Part shown: in pieces, positions 41,074-56,977 of the stretch
Layout: each line of letters opens with the position of its first letter
Numbering within the stretch: the stretch's first letter is position 1
Assembly: GCA_963727505.1 (NCBI GenBank)
Contig: CAVSGP010000004.1
Span: 256,001 to 320,000, forward strand
DNA: 64,000 nucleotides
Direction of reading: 5' to 3'
Source of the DNA: an uncultured Trueperaceae bacterium
GTDB taxonomy: Bacteria; Deinococcota; Deinococci; Deinococcales; Trueperaceae
Position numbers and translations under genes: made by a program
Notes under the pieces: generated by a model
What the model was told of the DNA's origin: nothing
Database searches by the model: none
Seen by the model: the letters and a program-made list of their open reading frames with translations, nothing else

Positions 41074-42266
41074 GACGCCAGCACGCGCGCCGTCCGGGCC
41101 AGCACCTCGTCGATCTGCGCTTCTTCGATCACCAGCGGAGGCAGGAAGCGGATGACCGTGGCGCCCCCGGCGATGGTGAGCACGCCCTCTCGCTTGAGCG
41201 CAGCGATGAGCGGAGCGGCCTTCTCCTTGAGCTCGACGCCGACCATCAGACCCCGCCCGCGCACCTCCCGCACGCGGTCGCCCCCGATGCGGCGCAGGCC
41301 CTCCATGAGGCGCTCCCCCATCGCTTGCGCGTGCTCCATGAGTCCGCGCTCCTCGATCTCCTCGAGCACCGCCAGGCCGGCGGCGCTCGCAAGCGGGTTG
41401 CCACCGAAGGTGGTGCCGTGGCCTCCCTTGGGCATGCTCGCCGCCACGGCGTCGGTCATGAGCAACGCGCCGATCGGCACGCCACCGGCGAGACCCTTGG
41501 CCAGCGTGACCATATCCGGATCCACGCCGTACGCTTCGCTGGCGAGGAAGGTACCCGTGCGTCCCACGCCGCACTGGATCTCGTCGAATACCAGCATCGC
41601 GCCGGCGGCGCTCGCCACCTCCCTGGCGGCGCGCAGGAAGCTCTCGTCGGCAGGGTGGATGCCCCCTTCGCCCTGCAGCGGCTCGAGCAGCACCGCCGCC
41701 ACGTCCTCGTTCACCGCTGCGCGGAGCTCGTCGACGTCGTTGTAGCGGATGAACTCCACGTCCATGGCATAGGGACCGAAAGGCTCGCGATACTTCGGTT
41801 CCCAGGTCATCGGGAGCACACCTAGCGTCCGCCCGGAGAAGCCGCGCTTGGCGGCAACGAAGCGACTCCGACCCGTGGCGGCGCGCGCCCACTTCAACGC
41901 CGCCTCGTTGGCCTCGCTGCCCGAGTTGCACAGGAACACTCGGTTCAGGGGCGCCGGGACGTGCCGGAACAGGCGATCGACGAACGCGGTGCGGGCGTCG
42001 TTGCCGAGGTTCTGCGGACACACGATGAGTCGCTGGGCCTGCTCGGCCACGGCGCGCGCCAGCCTGGGGTTGGCGTGCCCGACGCTGGCCACCGCGATGC
42101 CGGCCATGCAATCGAGGTACTCGTTGCCGTCCAGGTCGTACAGGAGCGCGCCATCGCCACGCACGAACACCGTGTCCGGTTCCCAGAGACCCGAACGATG
42201 CACGGCGTCGCGCGCAAGGAGCTCGGCACTGGTGATGCCCCTACTGCGTTCCTCGATGTCGGTCAT
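41070..42266 (-). CDS. lysJ: [LysW]-aminoadipate semialdehyde transaminase
   Basis: Class III aminotransferase: NSGSEANE, EPLQGEGG, FDEIQCG, TLAKG, TTFGGNP. Confidence 0.92.
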   Translation of the reverse strand: MTDIEERSRGITSAELLARDAVHRSGLWEPDTVFVRGDGALLYDLDGNEYLDCMAGIAVASVGHANPRLARAVAEQAQRLIVCPQNLGNDARTAFVDRLFRHVPAPLNRVFLCNSGSEANEAALKWARAATGRSRFVAAKRGFSGRTLGVLPMTWEPKYREPFGPYAMDVEFIRYNDVDELRAAVNEDVAAVLLEPLQGEGGIHPADESFLRAAREVASAAGAMLVFDEIQCGVGRTGTFLASEAYGVDPDMVTLAKGLAGGVPIGALLMTDAVAASMPKGGHGTTFGGNPLASAAGLAVLEEIEERGLMEHAQAMGERLMEGLRRIGGDRVREVRGRGLMVGVELKEKAAPLIAALKREGVLTIAGGATVIRFLPPLVIEEAQIDEVLARTARVLAS

Positions 42267-42329
42267 GCGATCCCTTCCTTCCTGGGCGTTGCCGCCATGG
42301 CGGGCGCCGGGCCTGTCGGTCGGACATGT

Positions 42330-43160
42330 CTACGCAACGACGGTGCCCTCGCCCCGCAGGGCGCGCTCGATCGGTTCGGGTACGCGGGCGTCGGCGAACA
42401 CGACGCGCCCCACCCCTCCGGCCACCGCCTCCGCGGCTCCGAGAACCTTCTTCTTCATCCTGTCCTGCGCGATCTCCAAGTACTCCTCGACGCGGGCGGC
42501 GGGGATCTCACGGATCAGGCTGGCCTCGTCCGGGAACGCGGCGAGCAGCCCCGGCACGTTGGAGAGCAGCACCAGCGCCTCGGCCCCGAGCGCGGCCGCG
42601 ACGGCGGCGGCCGCCCTGTCGCCGTCGACGTTCACGGCGACCCCTTCGAAGCTGGCGCCGGGCGGCGTCAGCACCGGCAGGTAGCCGTGGTCGAGAAGCA
42701 GCCGGAGGAGTCCGTCGTTGACGCGCTCCACGGTACCGGTGTGGTCGCCCCGCAAGATGACGGTCTTGCCCTCCTCCACGCTCCGGACGCTCTTCTTGTG
42801 CTTTCCCTCGAACACGCGGCCGTCGAGGCCCGAGAGCCCGACGGCGTTCACGCCGCGTCGCTGCAGTCTCTCGACCAGGCCCTTGTTCATCTTGCCGCAG
42901 TAGACCATCTCGAAGATCTCGAGCGTCTCCCGATCGGTGAAGCGGCTGGTGAAGCCGCTCGGACTCGTCACGAAGCGGGGCGGGTGTCCCAGCGCCTCGG
43001 CCACCCGGTTGGTCTCCGCGCTACCACCGTGCACCAGCAGCAGTCGACGCCCCGCGCTCTGCAGGGCAGCGATATCGTCGCATACGGCGTCGTAGTCGAT
43101 GCCTTCGGACCCGCCCACCTTCACGACCACCAGGCCGCCCATGGCCGCTGCCCCGCTCAC
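42330..43160 (-). CDS. lysZ: [LysW]-aminoadipate kinase
   Basis: VVKVGGS, VHGGS, SRFTD, NVDGDRAAA, RMKKK. Confidence 0.92.
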   Translation of the reverse strand: MSGAAAMGGLVVVKVGGSEGIDYDAVCDDIAALQSAGRRLLLVHGGSAETNRVAEALGHPPRFVTSPSGFTSRFTDRETLEIFEMVYCGKMNKGLVERLQRRGVNAVGLSGLDGRVFEGKHKKSVRSVEEGKTVILRGDHTGTVERVNDGLLRLLLDHGYLPVLTPPGASFEGVAVNVDGDRAAAAVAAALGAEALVLLSNVPGLLAAFPDEASLIREIPAARVEEYLEIAQDRMKKKVLGAAEAVAGGVGRVVFADARVPEPIERALRGEGTVVA

Positions 43161-43587
43161 GCCGCACCCCGCTCACGGATCATGAATCGCTCCCGGCGTT
43201 CGCCCTGCAGCGGGCCGAACCCGAAGCGGCGGTAGAGGTCGTGCGCATCGCGCGTGAAGAGCGTCCAGTAGCGCACCGTCGAGAGCGCCTCGTAGCCGGT
43301 CACGCACTCCAGCAGGAAGCTCCCCAGTCCGCGTCCGCGCTCCGCGTCCAGCACGAACACGTCGGCGAGGTAAGCGAAGGTCAGCGCATCCGTGACGACG
43401 CGAGCGAAGCCCACCTGGCGTTCGCCCAGATAGAGACCGAAAGGCAGGCTGTGGTCGACCGCTACGCGCAGCTCCTCGAGGCTGCGACCGCGGGCCCAGT
43501 AGCTGTTGGTGAGGAACTCCTGCATCATCGCAAGGTCGAGCCGATCGCGGTCGGTGTCGACCACGGCGTCACCCCGGCGCCATACGC

Positions 43588-43591
<4 letters not shown>
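43157..43591 (-). CDS. GNAT family N-acetyltransferase
   Basis: QVGFARVVTD..FAYLADVFV..RGRGLG..TRDAHDLYRRFGF. Confidence 0.9.
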
Positions 43592-45968
<2,377 letters not shown>

Positions 45969-46835
45969 TCAGACCGGCACGACCTGCTCGGCGGCGTAGC
46001 GCACCACCCGTACCGGGATGTCGACCCCGGTGGTGGAGACCGAGTTCCGGAACTCCATGGTGTGGTTCACCTCGACGACCAGCAGGCCACGCTCGGATTC
46101 GATGACGTCGACCGCCAGCACGCCCCCGCCGACCGCTCGGGCGGCGGCGGACGCCACCTCGACCAGGTCGTCGGTGAGAGGGCAGTTGCTGGCGCTACCG
46201 CCACGTGCGGTATTGGTGATCCAGTGCTCGCTCGAGCGGTAGATGGCGGCGATCACCTCGTCGCCGACCACGAAGGCGCGGATGTCGCGCCCGGGCTTGC
46301 GCACGAACTCCTGGACGTAGAAGACCTTGTGCTGCGGGCCCCCCAGCACCTCCTTGTGCTCGAGCACGGCCTCGACCGCATCTCGATCCGAGAGCTTGGA
46401 CACCATGCGCCCCCAGCTCCCGACCACCGGCTTCAGCACCACCGGGTAGCCGAAGCGCTCGCACAGCTCCAGCACCGCATCGGTCGTGAACGCCACGCCG
46501 GTGCGCGGGGCGGGAACGCCGGCGGCGGCGAGCGCAGCGTTGGTGGCGAGCTTGTCGCCGCAGGTCTCGATCACCTCCGGCCCGTTGATGACCCGCGCCC
46601 CCGCCGCCGTGTACAGGCGGCTGAAGGCGAGCCCCCGTGTCTGCGACAGACAACGTTCCATCACGACATCGAACGGCGAGCGCTCGAAGCGGCTGAAGTC
46701 CACCGCCTGATGGGGCGCGTAGACCTGCTCGAACGGCACGCCACCGCGCTCGAACGCCTCGAAGAGCATGCGCTCCTCGGGACGCAGGCGGTCGTAGACC
46801 ACGGCGATCCGGGGGTGGGCGGCAACCTCGCTCAA
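45969..46835 (-). CDS. lysX: Alpha-aminoadipate--LysW ligase
   Basis: [36 protein letters not shown]. Confidence 0.95.
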   Translation of the reverse strand: MSEVAAHPRIAVVYDRLRPEERMLFEAFERGGVPFEQVYAPHQAVDFSRFERSPFDVVMERCLSQTRGLAFSRLYTAAGARVINGPEVIETCGDKLATNAALAAAGVPAPRTGVAFTTDAVLELCERFGYPVVLKPVVGSWGRMVSKLSDRDAVEAVLEHKEVLGGPQHKVFYVQEFVRKPGRDIRAFVVGDEVIAAIYRSSEHWITNTARGGSASNCPLTDDLVEVASAAARAVGGGVLAVDVIESERGLLVVEVNHTMEFRNSVSTTGVDIPVRVVRYAAEQVVPV

Positions 46836-46838
46836 GGC

Positions 46839-47003
46839 CTACTCTCCCCAGTCCTCGTCCTCCTCGGGGGCCGGCTCGAAGCGCAACGGATCGAGCCCGA
46901 CGACTTCGAGCTCGGCGCCTTCGTCGGTGACCACCAGCTCGCCGAGGGTGAGATTCTCCGGGTCCACATCCACGCGACCGTAGGGGGTGTCGATCGTCTG
47001 CAT
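46839..47003 (-). CDS. lysW: Amino-group carrier protein LysW (54 aa)
   Basis: Acidic small protein ending EDWGE; AAGGAG RBS; adjacent to lysX. Confidence 0.95.
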   Translation of the reverse strand: MQTIDTPYGRVDVDPENLTLGELVVTDEGAELEVVGLDPLRFEPAPEEDEDWGE

Positions 47004-47118
47004 GCCTGGTTCTCCTTCTGGAGCGGCGTGGGAGCGCCGCGGGGTTGGGGCCCGTCTGCCTCGAAGCAGCCCACGTCCGCCTCGGGCCCGCAGCGGACGT
47101 GCGCGGGATGGATGATTC

Positions 47119-47657
47119 TCAGCCGGCACGCTCCGGGGCGGAGGCGTCCTCGCCCGGGAAGCGGCCGTGCTTCTTGAAGAACGCCAGCACCGAGCCTTCG
47201 CTCAGGACCTCCTGCAGGAACTCGGGTACCGGCGGCAGCGAAAGGCTCTCCTCCACACCGTCCTCGCGCAGCCGAACGAGGCGCCCGTGCGCCATCTCCA
47301 GCCTCACCCCGTCGCCGTCGCGCAGCGCATCGACGAGGTCGGGGGCGGCGAAGGCGGGGATGCCGAGGTTGAGGAGGTTGCGGTAGTGGATACGTGCGAA
47401 CGAACGCGCAACGATCGCGCCGACCCCCAGGCGCTTGAGCGCCTGCGGGGCGTACTCGCGGCTCGAGCCCAGACCCCAGTTGCGCCCCCCCACCAGCACG
47501 TCACCGGGCGCCACCTCGGCGGCGAACTCCGGCCGCAGGTGCGCGAAGGCGTAGCGATGGAACACCTCCTCACCGACCATGAGGGGAGCGTACTTGCCCG
47601 GGAGGATGTCGTCGGTATTCACGGCATCGCCGAAGCGCCACACGCGGTTGCCTGCGC

Positions 47658-47661
<4 letters not shown>
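47119..47661 (-). CDS. lysU: Homoaconitase small subunit
   Basis: FGDAVNTDDILPGKY, WGLGSSREYA, SFARIHYRN. Confidence 0.88.
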
Positions 47662-50334
<2,673 letters not shown>

Positions 50335-50446
50335 TCGATTCCAAGGAGCCGGATCGTCGACGCCGAGGATCGCCTCACGGGTCCCCTCGGCGGCTTGCGA
50401 TTGCCTGGCCGTGCCCGCTCGATACCTACGATTCGTAATGCGTGGT

Positions 50447-51160
50447 TCAGGCCCCGACGAGCACCATGCCGATGGGTACCTCGCCCCGACCGTCCACCTG
50501 CAGTAGCTCCGACAGCTCGTCGTCGTAGAAGTCGGCCAGAAAGTGCGCTGCCAGGCCCATACCGGAGCATCCCAGCACCACGGACTGCGCCGCGGCCCCG
50601 ACGTCCAGGCATAGGTAGCGCAACGCACGACCGTTGCTGCCGGCCCGATGCCGGGCGAAGATCCCCGTGAAGCACAGCGCCACGGCCTGCGCGCCGACGT
50701 CGACCGGGTCGACCAGACTGGCGGTGAAACCGTCGGTCGGATCGCCCGTCGACAGGTGCTCCAGGGTGTGGTCGCGGGGGTTGTAATGGTAGACGCCGGC
50801 GAAGAGGTCTTCGACCTGCCGGGCCACGACGTAGGTCTCGATGCTCGAGACGTCGACCGCCGACAGGTGGGTACGCTCGAAACCGAAGGTGAAGCCGGCC
50901 GCGCCCCACAGGAGCTGCGAGAGCTGCGCCTGCTTGAGGCGCCCGCCCTCGGCCGCACCGTCGCGAGCGGTCGACAACACGCTCCACAGACCCGAGCCCC
51001 CCCGGAGTTGCGGCACCGGCAACGCGGCGACCTCACGCGGGTTGGCGTACACCTTGAACGGCGGCGCCACCCGCGTACGCGTGCGCGGCACGTTGCCGCG
51101 GCGGTACTTCGTTTGGGCATGGAACTCTGCCCCTATCGACTTGTCACGGCTGTGAGCCAC
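50447..51160 (-). CDS. SagB/ThcOx-like nitroreductase-fold protein with divergent motifs
   Basis: LSQLLWGAAG, ETYVV, GVYHYNP..HTL, DVGAAAQS, FYDDEL..LL. Confidence 0.8.
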   Translation of the reverse strand: MAHSRDKSIGAEFHAQTKYRRGNVPRTRTRVAPPFKVYANPREVAALPVPQLRGGSGLWSVLSTARDGAAEGGRLKQAQLSQLLWGAAGFTFGFERTHLSAVDVSSIETYVVARQVEDLFAGVYHYNPRDHTLEHLSTGDPTDGFTASLVDPVDVGAQAVALCFTGIFARHRAGSNGRALRYLCLDVGAAAQSVVLGCSGMGLAAHFLADFYDDELSELLQVDGRGEVPIGMVLVGA

Positions 51161-51393
51161 GGGTGCTCCCACGCGAGTCTAGCACCCGGCGCGTGTCCCC
51201 TCGGCGACCTCGATCGAAGGCGCCACGACGGCGATGCCGACGGCGTCTCCGGCACCGTTGCGGGACCCGTCGGCCCGTCCGCCGCGACGGCGAGCGCCGC
51301 GCCCGAGGCAGGGTGGGGAGGCCCGGGCGGGGAGGCCCGGGCTGGCGCTGCGGCGGACCGCCACCAACCCGGCGCCGAGGGTACCCTGGCCGG

Positions 51394-52443
51394 GTGAGAC
51401 GCGCCCTCGCGAGCTGGTTCACCGAGCATGGCCGGTCCCTGCCGTGGCGGCCCATGGACACACGCGCTCTCCACGCGCCGCGGGACCCGTACGCGGTGCT
51501 GGTCTCCGAAGTGATGCTGCAGCAAACGCGGGTCGAAGCGGTGGTGCCCTACTTCGAACGCTGGATGCGCCGCTTCCCCGACGTCCACAGCCTGGCAGTC
51601 GCCGATGAAGACGAGGTCCTCAAACGGTGGCAGGGGCTCGGCTACTACCGCCGTGCGCTGCGCCTGCACGAAGCGGCCAGGCTGGTGGCTCTGCAACGTG
51701 CCGGCGTCTTCCCTACCACCCGCGCCGAACTCCAGGCCCTCCCCGGTGTCGGCGGTTACACCGCGGCTGCGGTCGAGGCGCTGGCCTATGGCCGGGACAC
51801 GATCGCCGTGGACGGCAACGTGCGGCGCGTGGCCGCGCGCTTGCTGGCCTGGTCCGCCCTGCCGCCCGACCGGGAGGTCGAGCGCGCGCTGGCCGACCTG
51901 CTCGACGACGACACGGCCGCGGGAGCGGATCCGCGCCCGCCGGAGCCTCCGCTCGCTGAGGCGCTGATCGAGCTGGGGGCCCTGGTGTGCACGCCGCGCA
52001 CGCCGGCCTGCCAGCGGTGCCCGTTGGAGCCCCACTGCCGGGCGGCGGCACGCGGGACGCCCGAGGCCTTCCCGATTCCGAGGGCGCGCAGGGCGACGCC
52101 CCGGCGCCGGCGCTTCGCGCTGGTGGCGCTCGAGGCCGACCGCCTGTGGCTGCGACGCCGCGGCCGGAACGAGATGTTGAGCGGCCTGTGGGGGTTCCCG
52201 CAGGTCGTGAGCGCTCCGGATGGCGCACGCTGCCTGACGAGCGTGCGCCACAGCTACAGCCACTTCCACCTCGAGCTGGTGCCCGCGTTGGTCGAGCCGG
52301 CCCACCCGGTGGTAGCCCGCGCCGCCGACGCCACGCCGCGACCGCTGGCCGATCTTCCGGGCCTGGCCCTGTCGGGCGTCGACCTTCGGGTGCTCGAGCG
52401 GCTCCGGCAGGAAGGGCTGCTGCCCGGACCGGCGTTAAGCTGA
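51394..52443 (+). CDS. mutY: A/G-specific adenine DNA glycosylase MutY
   Basis: VSEVMLQQT, WQGLGYY, LPGVGGYTA, VDGNVRRV, C-x6-C-x2-C-x5-C; TACCCT 6 nt before GTG 51394. Confidence 0.93.
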   Translation: MRRALASWFTEHGRSLPWRPMDTRALHAPRDPYAVLVSEVMLQQTRVEAVVPYFERWMRRFPDVHSLAVADEDEVLKRWQGLGYYRRALRLHEAARLVALQRAGVFPTTRAELQALPGVGGYTAAAVEALAYGRDTIAVDGNVRRVAARLLAWSALPPDREVERALADLLDDDTAAGADPRPPEPPLAEALIELGALVCTPRTPACQRCPLEPHCRAAARGTPEAFPIPRARRATPRRRRFALVALEADRLWLRRRGRNEMLSGLWGFPQVVSAPDGARCLTSVRHSYSHFHLELVPALVEPAHPVVARAADATPRPLADLPGLALSGVDLRVLERLRQEGLLPGPALS

Positions 52444-52446
52444 GCC

Positions 52447-52887
52447 ATGGCCGCGACCGCCGACCCGCCCGACGAGAGCCCGGTCCTTCACCTGCGGGTG
52501 CGCTTCGCCGAGACCGACCAGATGGGCATCGCCCACCACGCCGTCTACCCGGTGTGGATGGAGGCCGGACGCGTGCAGTGGCTGAGGGCGCACGGACTCT
52601 CCTACCGCGGCATCGAGGAGAGCGGCGTGTCGCTGGCGGTCTCGGGGCTCGAGCTGCGCTACCGCCGGGCCGCCCGCTTCGACGATCTCGTCGCGGTCCA
52701 CACCCACCTGAGGGTCGCGCGGAGCCGTGCCATGCGCTTCGAGTACCGCCTGACGAGGGTGGACGACGGCGGCCTGCTCGCGACGGGCGCCTCCGTCCAC
52801 GTCCCCACCGACCGGCGCGGCCATGCGGTGCGGCTTCCCGAGACGTGGCTCACGCCGATCGCGGCGCTCGTCGAGCCGACGTCCTGA
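52447..52887 (+). CDS. Acyl-CoA thioesterase (YbgC/FadM hotdog family)
   Basis: RVRFAETDQMGIAHH, YRRAARFDD. Confidence 0.9.
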   Translation: MAATADPPDESPVLHLRVRFAETDQMGIAHHAVYPVWMEAGRVQWLRAHGLSYRGIEESGVSLAVSGLELRYRRAARFDDLVAVHTHLRVARSRAMRFEYRLTRVDDGGLLATGASVHVPTDRRGHAVRLPETWLTPIAALVEPTS

Positions 52888-52977
52888 GCGCTGCGTGGGC
52901 CCTACCGGTGCCGGCGTGAGGCGCCCGTATACTGTCGCAATGCCGCGCCCGCGAAGCGCGCGACCGCGAGGTGAACC

Positions 52978-54483
52978 ATGACCGAGACCGCGCAGATCCT
53001 ACCGAACCGCGAGCGCACCCGCTCCGCCAAGATCATCGGTGAAGCCCTGACGTTCGACGACGTCCTGCTGGTGCCCGCCCACTCCGCCGTGCTTCCGCGT
53101 GACGTTTCGGTCGTGTCCCGTTTCTCCCGGTCGATCGAGCTCGGGATCCCCGTCGCCTCCGCGGCCATGGACACCGTCACGGAGACGAAGATGGCCATCT
53201 CCATGGCGCGCCAGGGCGGCATCGGCGTGATCCACAAGAAGATGGCGGTCGACGTGCAGGCGGAGATGGTGCGCAAGGTCAAGCGCTCCGAGTCGGGCAT
53301 GATCGTCGATCCCATCACTCTGGGGCCGGGGGCCACCCTGGAGCAGGCCGAGCACCTGATGAGCGAGTACCGCATCAGCGGCGTGCCGATCGTCGACCCG
53401 CAGGGGCGGCTGCTCGGCATCCTCACCAATCGTGACCTGCGCTTCGAGACCGACTTCGCGCGCCGCGTCGACGAGCTGATGACCTCGCAGAACCTGGTGA
53501 CGGTCCCGGTGGGCACCACGCTCGAGAAGGCGCGCGAGATGCTGCGCCAGCACAAGGTGGAGAAACTGCTGGTGGTCGACGAGGCCAACATCCTGCGTGG
53601 CCTCATCACCATCAAGGACATCCAGAAGAAGTTGGACTACCCCGACGCCGCCAAGGACGCGCTCGGCCGCCTGCGGGTGGCCGCCGCCGTCGGGGTCTCC
53701 CAGGACCTCGAGGCCCGCAGCGCTGCGCTGGTCGAGGCGGGCGTCGACGCGCTGGTGCTCGACAGCGCGCACGGCCATTCCCAGGGCATCCTCGACGCTC
53801 TGGTCTACCTCAAGGAGTCCTACGAGGTGGACGTGGTGGCCGGCAACATCGCCACCCCGGAAGCCGCCGCCGACCTGATCGATCGCGGCGCCGACGCGGT
53901 CAAAGTCGGGGTGGGGCCCGGCAGCATCTGCACCACCCGGGTGGTGACCGGCGTGGGCATGCCGCAGCTCAGCGCCATCCTGTCCATCGCAGAGCTCACG
54001 GGCGAGGCCGACATCCCACTCATCGCCGACGGCGGCATCAAGTTCACCGGCGACGTCCCCAAGGCGCTGGCGGCCGGCGCCGACAGCGTCATGGTGGGAG
54101 GGCTGCTGGCCGGGACCAGTGAGGCGCCCGGCGAGGACATCCTGCGCGACGGCCGCCGCTACAAGGCCTACCGCGGCATGGGCAGCCTGGGCGCCATGGC
54201 GGGCGGCAGCGCCGATCGCTACTTCCAGGAGGACGCCAAGAAGCACGTTCCCGAAGGCATCGAAGGGATGGTCGCCTACAAGGGGCCGGCCGAGGACGTG
54301 CTCTTCCAGCTGATCGGCGGGTTGCGCTCGTCGATGGGCTACTGCGGGGCGCCCGACGTGCCCGCCCTGAAGCGCTCCGGCCGCTTCGTGCAGATCACCC
54401 AGGCGAGCCTCGTCGAGTCCCACCCGCACGACGTGACCGTCACCAAGGACGCCCCCAACTACTCGCTGAAGCGCCGCTCCTGA
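52978..54483 (+). CDS. guaB: IMP dehydrogenase
   Basis: [20 protein letters not shown] pair, [15 protein letters not shown]. Confidence 0.98.
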   Translation: MTETAQILPNRERTRSAKIIGEALTFDDVLLVPAHSAVLPRDVSVVSRFSRSIELGIPVASAAMDTVTETKMAISMARQGGIGVIHKKMAVDVQAEMVRKVKRSESGMIVDPITLGPGATLEQAEHLMSEYRISGVPIVDPQGRLLGILTNRDLRFETDFARRVDELMTSQNLVTVPVGTTLEKAREMLRQHKVEKLLVVDEANILRGLITIKDIQKKLDYPDAAKDALGRLRVAAAVGVSQDLEARSAALVEAGVDALVLDSAHGHSQGILDALVYLKESYEVDVVAGNIATPEAAADLIDRGADAVKVGVGPGSICTTRVVTGVGMPQLSAILSIAELTGEADIPLIADGGIKFTGDVPKALAAGADSVMVGGLLAGTSEAPGEDILRDGRRYKAYRGMGSLGAMAGGSADRYFQEDAKKHVPEGIEGMVAYKGPAEDVLFQLIGGLRSSMGYCGAPDVPALKRSGRFVQITQASLVESHPHDVTVTKDAPNYSLKRRS

Positions 54484-54514
54484 GTCCGGGCGGCACCGGA
54501 AGCGGCGCGGAAGC

Positions 54515-56098
54515 TCAGATGCGCACGGCGAAGGCGCCCTCGGCCCCGATCGAGGTGTAGGCCGCCATCGTCGGTTGGATCCCGAACTTCAGGAAGGCCC
54601 CGAACGGGCTGAGCACGCGCTCGGACGGCTGGCCGAGCGGGAGCAGGTGGGCGCGAAGGCGCTCGAACTGCGCCCCTGTGATGGCGTCTTCGCGGGCCAG
54701 CGCGGCCGCCGTCTTGCTCCGGAGACGCTGAAGCGTGTTCTCCAGGTAACCGCGTCCCCGGTCGACCGTCCCCTGCAGGGTGGGATCGATCCCCTCCACC
54801 GAGACGAGCAGACGATCCATAGCACGTTCGAGATCGTCCGCGGTCGAGCGGAAGCGCTCGCCGTGGCCGCTCCGCTCGAGCACCACGCGCTCCAGGCAAC
54901 CCTCCGGGTCCGCCTGGAAGGCGGCCACGTCGAGGCCGTACTTGTCGAGGATGCGCGCGACCGGCGGCTCGACCAGTGTGGCGGTGGCCCGCGGCCACAC
55001 CAGCGGCATCGGCACCCCGTGGCGCGCGTACACGCCCCTGAGTTGCGCGAAGTAGCGCAGCTCGCCCGGCCCCAGCACCACCACGGCCGTGGGCAGCACG
55101 GCGTCCTGCACCACCGGCCGCAGGCCGGCCGCGGGCGTGAGCGAGGCGGCGTCCTGTTCGAGCCGGGCGCGCACGTCGTCGATCGACAGCACCCGACCCT
55201 CCAATCGGAAGTTCCGACCTTCGTGCCGCAGCAGCACCCGGCGCGGCGTGGCGCCGTCGCCGACCTCGAGGAACAGGTTGGTGGCGTCGGCGCCGCGACC
55301 GAGTTGTGGATCGAAACCCAGCCGCCGCAGCCGCCGGGCGGCCCGGTTGACCTCGGCAACGCTCTCCTCCGGCCGCTCCAGCTCGCGCTCGAGCACCGGC
55401 CTGAGCAGGGGGGCGGTCTCGGCGTGCATGGGGTCGAACAGCACCAGTCCCTGGTCGCCGAGAAGCCGGTAGAGCACCGCGGCGAACCAGTCGGCGTAGG
55501 TCACGGCCGGCCCGGCCGACTCCCACAGCAGAGCCACCACCTCGTCGCGGAAAGGTGCCGCCGGGCGCATGGCGTCGATGCCCTGCACCACGCCGTCCAC
55601 CATCGCCTCCGTCAGGCGCACCCGTCCGGCAGGCGCGTCTTCCGGCAGACCGACGCTCAGGTGGTGCAGTCGTTCCTCGCCGTCAAGCAGGTGCGCGTGG
55701 TCGATCTCGGCGGTGTCGTGATCCTGGCTGGCGAGCCAGAACACCGGCACCACCGGCCGGTCCTCGCGGTCCAGACGGCGGGCGAGCTTCACGGCGGTGA
55801 TCGCCTTGGAGAGCGTGTATGCGGGCCCGAGCAGCAATCCCGTCTGCTGGCCGGTCACGACCGCGCGCGACGCAGGGTGCTCGAGCCGCTCAAGGCTCTC
55901 GAACACCGCCCGCGGCGCCCCCAGCGCGCCGGCGTGGCTGCGCATCGCCGCGGCGAGGGCGGGGCGCCCGGCGGGGCGCGGCACCCGCAGGGCCGCATCG
56001 ACGTCTCCCGCCGGTAGATCGAAGAACTCGCTCAGGCCCCCAGACCGGTAGTGGTCCAGGAAGCTCGTACGGGACGGCGGCGCATCGTCGCGGGACAC
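54515..56098 (-). CDS. bshC: Bacillithiol biosynthesis cysteine-adding enzyme BshC
   Basis: VVTGQQTGLLLGPAYT..KA, PVFWLASQDHD..EI, LRPVVQD..LP, GPGELRYFAQ; TAAGCT 5 nt before GTG. Confidence 0.92.
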   Translation of the reverse strand: MSRDDAPPSRTSFLDHYRSGGLSEFFDLPAGDVDAALRVPRPAGRPALAAAMRSHAGALGAPRAVFESLERLEHPASRAVVTGQQTGLLLGPAYTLSKAITAVKLARRLDREDRPVVPVFWLASQDHDTAEIDHAHLLDGEERLHHLSVGLPEDAPAGRVRLTEAMVDGVVQGIDAMRPAAPFRDEVVALLWESAGPAVTYADWFAAVLYRLLGDQGLVLFDPMHAETAPLLRPVLERELERPEESVAEVNRAARRLRRLGFDPQLGRGADATNLFLEVGDGATPRRVLLRHEGRNFRLEGRVLSIDDVRARLEQDAASLTPAAGLRPVVQDAVLPTAVVVLGPGELRYFAQLRGVYARHGVPMPLVWPRATATLVEPPVARILDKYGLDVAAFQADPEGCLERVVLERSGHGERFRSTADDLERAMDRLLVSVEGIDPTLQGTVDRGRGYLENTLQRLRSKTAAALAREDAITGAQFERLRAHLLPLGQPSERVLSPFGAFLKFGIQPTMAAYTSIGAEGAFAVRI

Positions 56099-56242
56099 GC
56101 GACAGCTTACCCTCCGGGTACTGCGGGGGAAGTCGCGTGCTACGCACGCGAGGGCGCGGGAATCGTGCGCGCCTCGTGGTAGAATCCCGTTCGTGCGTCT
56201 GCGCGGCTCTCCGCGCCGCCGCGACCGGCGCAACCCCCACGT

Positions 56243-56977
56243 ATGCGCATCCACACCGACCTCACCCCCACCGGCAGCTACCACGACGTCGTCGTCCTGG
56301 TCGACGTTCTACGGACCTGTACGGTGGCTCCGCTGCTGTTCGAGCGCGGGCTCACCGAGCTGGCGCTCACGCCCAGCCTGCGCAGCGCACGCGCGGCCGC
56401 CCGAGAGGGCTGGCTGCTGCTGGGCGAGCGCCAGGGCGTGCCGGCGGAGGGGTTCAACTACGGCAACTCCCCCGCGGAGCTCACGGGCATCGACGTCACG
56501 GGCAAGCGAGCGGTGATGGTGTCGGAGAACGCGCCGCACTGGCTTCCCCAGATCGCGGACGCCCGACGCGTGCTTCTCGGCTCGCTCTACAACGCCTCCG
56601 CCGTGGCCGAGGTGGCGTCGCGCCAGGCCCTGGAGAGCATCGACCTGGTCGGCTCCGGCTTCGAAGGCGAACCCGACCTCGACGATGCGCTCGCCGCCGG
56701 CGTGCTGGCGGCGATGTTGGCAGAGCGCCTGCCCACGGCCGCGCGCAGCGGCGCCACCCGCTTCGCCCTCAGTCTGCTGCGCGCCTTCCCAGACCCGATG
56801 GAAGCGCTGTGGCAGTCGGTCTCCGGGCACTATCTACGGCGGGTCGGGCTCGAGCGTGACCTGGCGTTCTCGGCCCAGATTTCGGCCAGTAGCGTCGTGC
56901 CGCAACTGGTGGGCCGCCAGCCGGGTGCCGGCAGCGCCCCCCTCTACCTGTTCGCGCCCGCGCCCCGCCCGAGCTGA
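56243..56977 (+). CDS. comB: 2-phosphosulfolactate phosphatase family protein
   Basis: VDVLR, LLGERQG..GFNYGNSP, GSLYNA. Confidence 0.85.
   Translation: MRIHTDLTPTGSYHDVVVLVDVLRTCTVAPLLFERGLTELALTPSLRSARAAAREGWLLLGERQGVPAEGFNYGNSPAELTGIDVTGKRAVMVSENAPHWLPQIADARRVLLGSLYNASAVAEVASRQALESIDLVGSGFEGEPDLDDALAAGVLAAMLAERLPTAARSGATRFALSLLRAFPDPMEALWQSVSGHYLRRVGLERDLAFSAQISASSVVPQLVGRQPGAGSAPLYLFAPAPRPS

Noticed and set aside
51180..51380. GC-rich intergenic stretch with GGGGAGGCCCGGGC duplicated; also the extended mutY N-terminus in the ORF track
   Set aside because: No RNA family features; MutY similarity and a -10 hexamer support the start at 51394
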